From Bacteroidales bacterium (GTDB lineage Bacteria; Bacteroidota; Bacteroidia; Bacteroidales; WCHB1-69), in contig JAIKWD010000016.1 in assembly GCA_024685175.1 (NCBI GenBank), positions 54,722 to 118,721 on the forward strand: 64,000 nucleotides of DNA, read 5' to 3'. Under the pieces are notes generated by a model. That model saw only the letters and a program-made list of their open reading frames with translations. It did not search any database and was not told the DNA's origin. Positions 61,409 through 64,000 of this stretch are shown here, one piece after another (within the stretch, counting starts at the first letter, position 1; each line of letters opens with the position of its first letter). Position numbers and translations under genes: made by a program.

Positions 61409-64000
61409 TTAATCTATGTTATAAAAATAATGGTTGGCTTTTTCTTTGTAATAATAATTTAGGTTGGCTGGAACCGAGCGCAACATTTCATTCTGTTGAC
61501 CTTTATCGCTGTCAAACTTCCAATCCTTCGGCGGATTGATGCGCGGCGTCTGCTTGCCTTCCGTGGCTTTGCGCTCCTCCTCTTTCTCCTTCTCTATGTC
61601 CGCCCGCTCGCTTTTTAATAAACGAGTGGTAATGGATTGCTGACGATCCAACATCTGCTGGGTAAGCTGTCGATTGACCAATTCCTTCTCCGTCTTCTTC
61701 ATGTCGTTAATGAGTTGTTCCAAGGACTTATCCCCTACTCCATTCTCTGATTTCATTGCGTTTTCGTAGTCCTCCAACATCTTACGAATGGCCTCTTGCT
61801 GGGCAGCCATTTTGGCAAACTGCTCGCTCATCTGCCGCTGCTGACCCGTTTGACCCTGCTTGCTCTGCTGCTCCATAGACTTCTTCAACGCTTGCATTTG
61901 CTTGTTTAATTGCTGCTGTAACTCCCTTGCAGAAGTCTTTTTGCTCTTGCTGCCATTCTTACTTGACTTGCTGCGCGAACCACCAGACTTGTTGCATTTG
62001 CCCTTACATTCGCTTTGCTTTTTCTTCATATCCTTCATGGATTCTTTCAACATCAAAGCCAAATTATTCATAGAAGTCAAGACAAACTGCTGGTCTTTGG
62101 CAGCAACAGACATATTTCGGTCATGCAAATAGTTTTGAGAAGTGGCTAAATAATCTTGTATCTTGGTAACTTCCGTTTGAATATAAGGCTTTACAGCCAT
62201 CTGACGTCGCGCCAACGCGCTTAATGAGTCCTCAATCAACTTCATGTTGCTCTTAACCTTAAATTGCTTGGCCATAATGTCAGAAACGTTTGCTGAACGA
62301 GGATTTGCCTTTTGGGTTGTGGATAAAACCTCTTCTTGGTCAAAGGAAATAGTGACAAGGTTGTCCAAGATTTGTCGCACCGTCTCAATATCCTCGGTGA
62401 TACTCTCTAACTCACTCTCGTTGAAGTCTTTTTCCATCTGATCGGCAATCTGTTCCATATCGTCAGCGGCCTGCTTTTGGTTTTGGGAAGACTTTGAGCG
62501 ATTGTTTTTATCCAAATTGCTCTTGCTTTGATTGAGCTGCTGCTGCGCATCTTGATGCAACTGGTCCGTGCTTTTAAAGTTGGTTGGTTCTTCCAGTTGT
62601 TTGTTCAATTCTTGCATTTCCTGAATATCTTTCTTCAACTGGTCGTACTTCTTCTGGATCTGCTGCTGTTTGTCTTGCAAGTATTGTTTGTTGATGTTCT
62701 TATCGTTCGTATTCTGAGCGTTTTGACGCAACTCTTCCGATAAATCCCTAAGCCCCTTAACGGCTTCATTAAGCTTTTTCTCTACCTCTAGTTGCTTATA
62801 CAGTTGTAGTTGCTGATCAAGCGTTTCGTTGATGTCTTTGGTATTTGATTTGAGTTTTTCCATCTCCTTCTGCACTTGATCTTTATTTGCATTATTCATC
62901 ATATTCTGCAGCTTCTGCAACATCTCTTTCATTTCGTCTGAAAGAATTTCATCCATGCGCTTTTGAAGCTCTTTTTGCTTGTTTATGATGTCTTCGTCTA
63001 TGTTTTTATATTGATTTTCAAGATTTTGCTTGTTTTGTTCGTTCTGCTTGATCTCGTTCAATTTGTCTTGCAACTCCTGATACTGCTGCATCAATTTTTC
63101 CAACTTTTTCTTATCCTGCCAAGACATCTCTTTTTCTTGCATCAGCTGTGCCTGCATCTTCTCGATATCCCTCATGAGGTTGGCGGATTCATCAATCAAA
63201 TCATTATAGTCTGATTTTGTCTTTTCATCGGATTTATTGAGATCCCGATTAATCTCCTCCAATGTCCGCATGCGATACGTCGTCGTCTGTGTCTTGCTTG
63301 CTTTGTGTCCGTTAACACCATCATTATCAAGTACTTGAAAATAATAGTCCATTTTCTCACCCGGTTGTAAGTTGAAGGTGTTGGCATCAAAGTAGTAATA
63401 GAAATCCTGTATGGTAACATCTTGTTGCACATTGATGGTGACCGTTTTTCCGGATTCTATTTTATTACCCTCAGCATCATATCTCGTATATACAAACTGC
63501 AAGCCGGAAAAACCGTAGTCATCCTTGATGTTGCCTTTGAAATAGAAACGATCTTGATAGACAGAATCCTGTTGCATCTGAACATATATCTCTGGATACA
63601 TGTCTTTTATAACATTGATTTCGTCAGTTAATGTGTCTTTGCTGGTGAAATATTTGTTTTTGTTGAAGATGGAATAAGTGAAACTGGTTTTAGCTATTAA
63701 ATTAATCTGATAGCTATCTTCCGACGAAGAATAGACCTTTTCTTTATCATTCACGATAAACACTAGATTATCTGAATGTTTTGTATAAAATTTCCAAGTA
63801 ATTCGGGTTCCTTCCGGTACCGTCACATTGCTCACATTCTTCACGATGTCATCCGGTTGATGGAGATAAGCAGGGTAGTGAAGTTCCATTACAAATCCTA
63901 GTGTAACCGGCTTGGGCAACACATTAATCTCATACACCCGTGACTCTACTTCATCAGTAACAAATTGAAAATCTGTATTCTGCTGCATATTTGAGAACGT
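61409..64000 (-). CDS. Large Gln/Lys/Glu-rich coiled-coil protein, DUF4175-like (N-terminus probably outside the window)
   Basis: ORF listed from 63988, but the frame stays open to base 64000. A beta-rich region is followed by ~600 aa of coiled-coil and a C-terminal ...RQQSITTRLLKSERADIEKEKEEERK segment that resembles DUF4175 proteins (from memory). Confidence 0.6.
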   Translation of the reverse strand, partial: TFSNMQQNTDFQFVTDEVESRVYEINVLPKPVTLGFVMELHYPAYLHQPDDIVKNVSNVTVPEGTRITWKFYTKHSDNLVFIVNDKEKVYSSSEDSYQINLIAKTSFTYSIFNKNKYFTSKDTLTDEINVIKDMYPEIYVQMQQDSVYQDRFYFKGNIKDDYGFSGLQFVYTRYDAEGNKIESGKTVTINVQQDVTIQDFYYYFDANTFNLQPGEKMDYYFQVLDNDGVNGHKASKTQTTTYRMRTLEEINRDLNKSDEKTKSDYNDLIDESANLMRDIEKMQAQLMQEKEMSWQDKKKLEKLMQQYQELQDKLNEIKQNEQNKQNLENQYKNIDEDIINKQKELQKRMDEILSDEMKEMLQKLQNMMNNANKDQVQKEMEKLKSNTKDINETLDQQLQLYKQLEVEKKLNEAVKGLRDLSEELRQNAQNTNDKNINKQYLQDKQQQIQKKYDQLKKDIQEMQELNKQLEEPTNFKSTDQLHQDAQQQLNQSKSNLDKNNRSKSSQNQKQAADDMEQIADQMEKDFNESELESITEDIETVRQILDNLVTISFDQEEVLSTTQKANPRSANVSDIMAKQFKVKSNMKLIEDSLSALARRQMAVKPYIQTEVTKIQDYLATSQNYLHDRNMSVAAKDQQFVLTSMNNLALMLKESMKDMKKKQSECKGKCNKSGGSRSKSSKNGSKSKKTSARELQQQLNKQMQALKKSMEQQSKQGQTGQQRQMSEQFAKMAAQQEAIRKMLEDYENAMKSENGVGDKSLEQLINDMKKTEKELVNRQLTQQMLDRQQSITTRLLKSERADIEKEKEEERKATEGKQTPRINPPKDWKFDSDKGQQNEMLRSVPANLNYYYKEKANHYFYNID

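Noticed and set aside
1-64000. CRISPR arrays, rRNA genes, IS elements, integrases, prophage genes, toxin-antitoxin or known defence systems
   Set aside because: I scanned the intergenic regions and the ORF translations and recognised no spaced direct repeats, transposase or integrase motifs, or defence-type ATPase or nuclease genes.

Overview
This 64-kb window looks like a Bacteroidota chromosome, probably an anaerobic Bacteroidales. The evidence is TAnnTTTG -7 promoter boxes, no Shine-Dalgarno dependence, T9SS C-terminal sorting domains, gldB/gldD, an S46 dipeptidyl-peptidase, a FISUMP domain and butyrate kinase.

About two thirds is ordinary housekeeping sequence: manA (partial), buk-nadK, ftsQAZ, an Fe-S protein, an M13 peptidase, a TonB-dependent receptor, rplU-rpmA, htrA-like, rpoD, dksA-like-lspA, valS, purC, an aminotransferase, ssb, folP, pruA, glnA, tRNA-Arg(CCT), mnmG and ybeY. 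Genes are tightly packed. Hairpin terminators are often followed directly by the next gene's -7 box.

I found no rRNA, CRISPR array, integrase, transposase, phage genes or recognisable defence system.

The unusual part is cell-surface cargo:
- An 864-aa protein (28488-31082) fuses a glycine-rich N-terminal domain to Ig-like repeats and a FISUMP domain.
- A 19.6-kb locus (37736-57394) holds two tandem giant T9SS-cargo genes of 4,517 aa and about 1,894 aa. They are built from Cys-capped FN3 units, MAM-like and CUB-like modules, choice-of-anchor-J-like modules, 11 InlB-B-type repeats, a thrice-repeated unassigned module of about 190 aa and a DSYGDGWNG domain. GC content is strikingly mosaic within both genes.

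All family assignments come from motif recognition by eye. No database search was run. Domain coordinates are derived from hand indexing of the ORF translations, which I spot-checked against the nucleotide sequence at three points.
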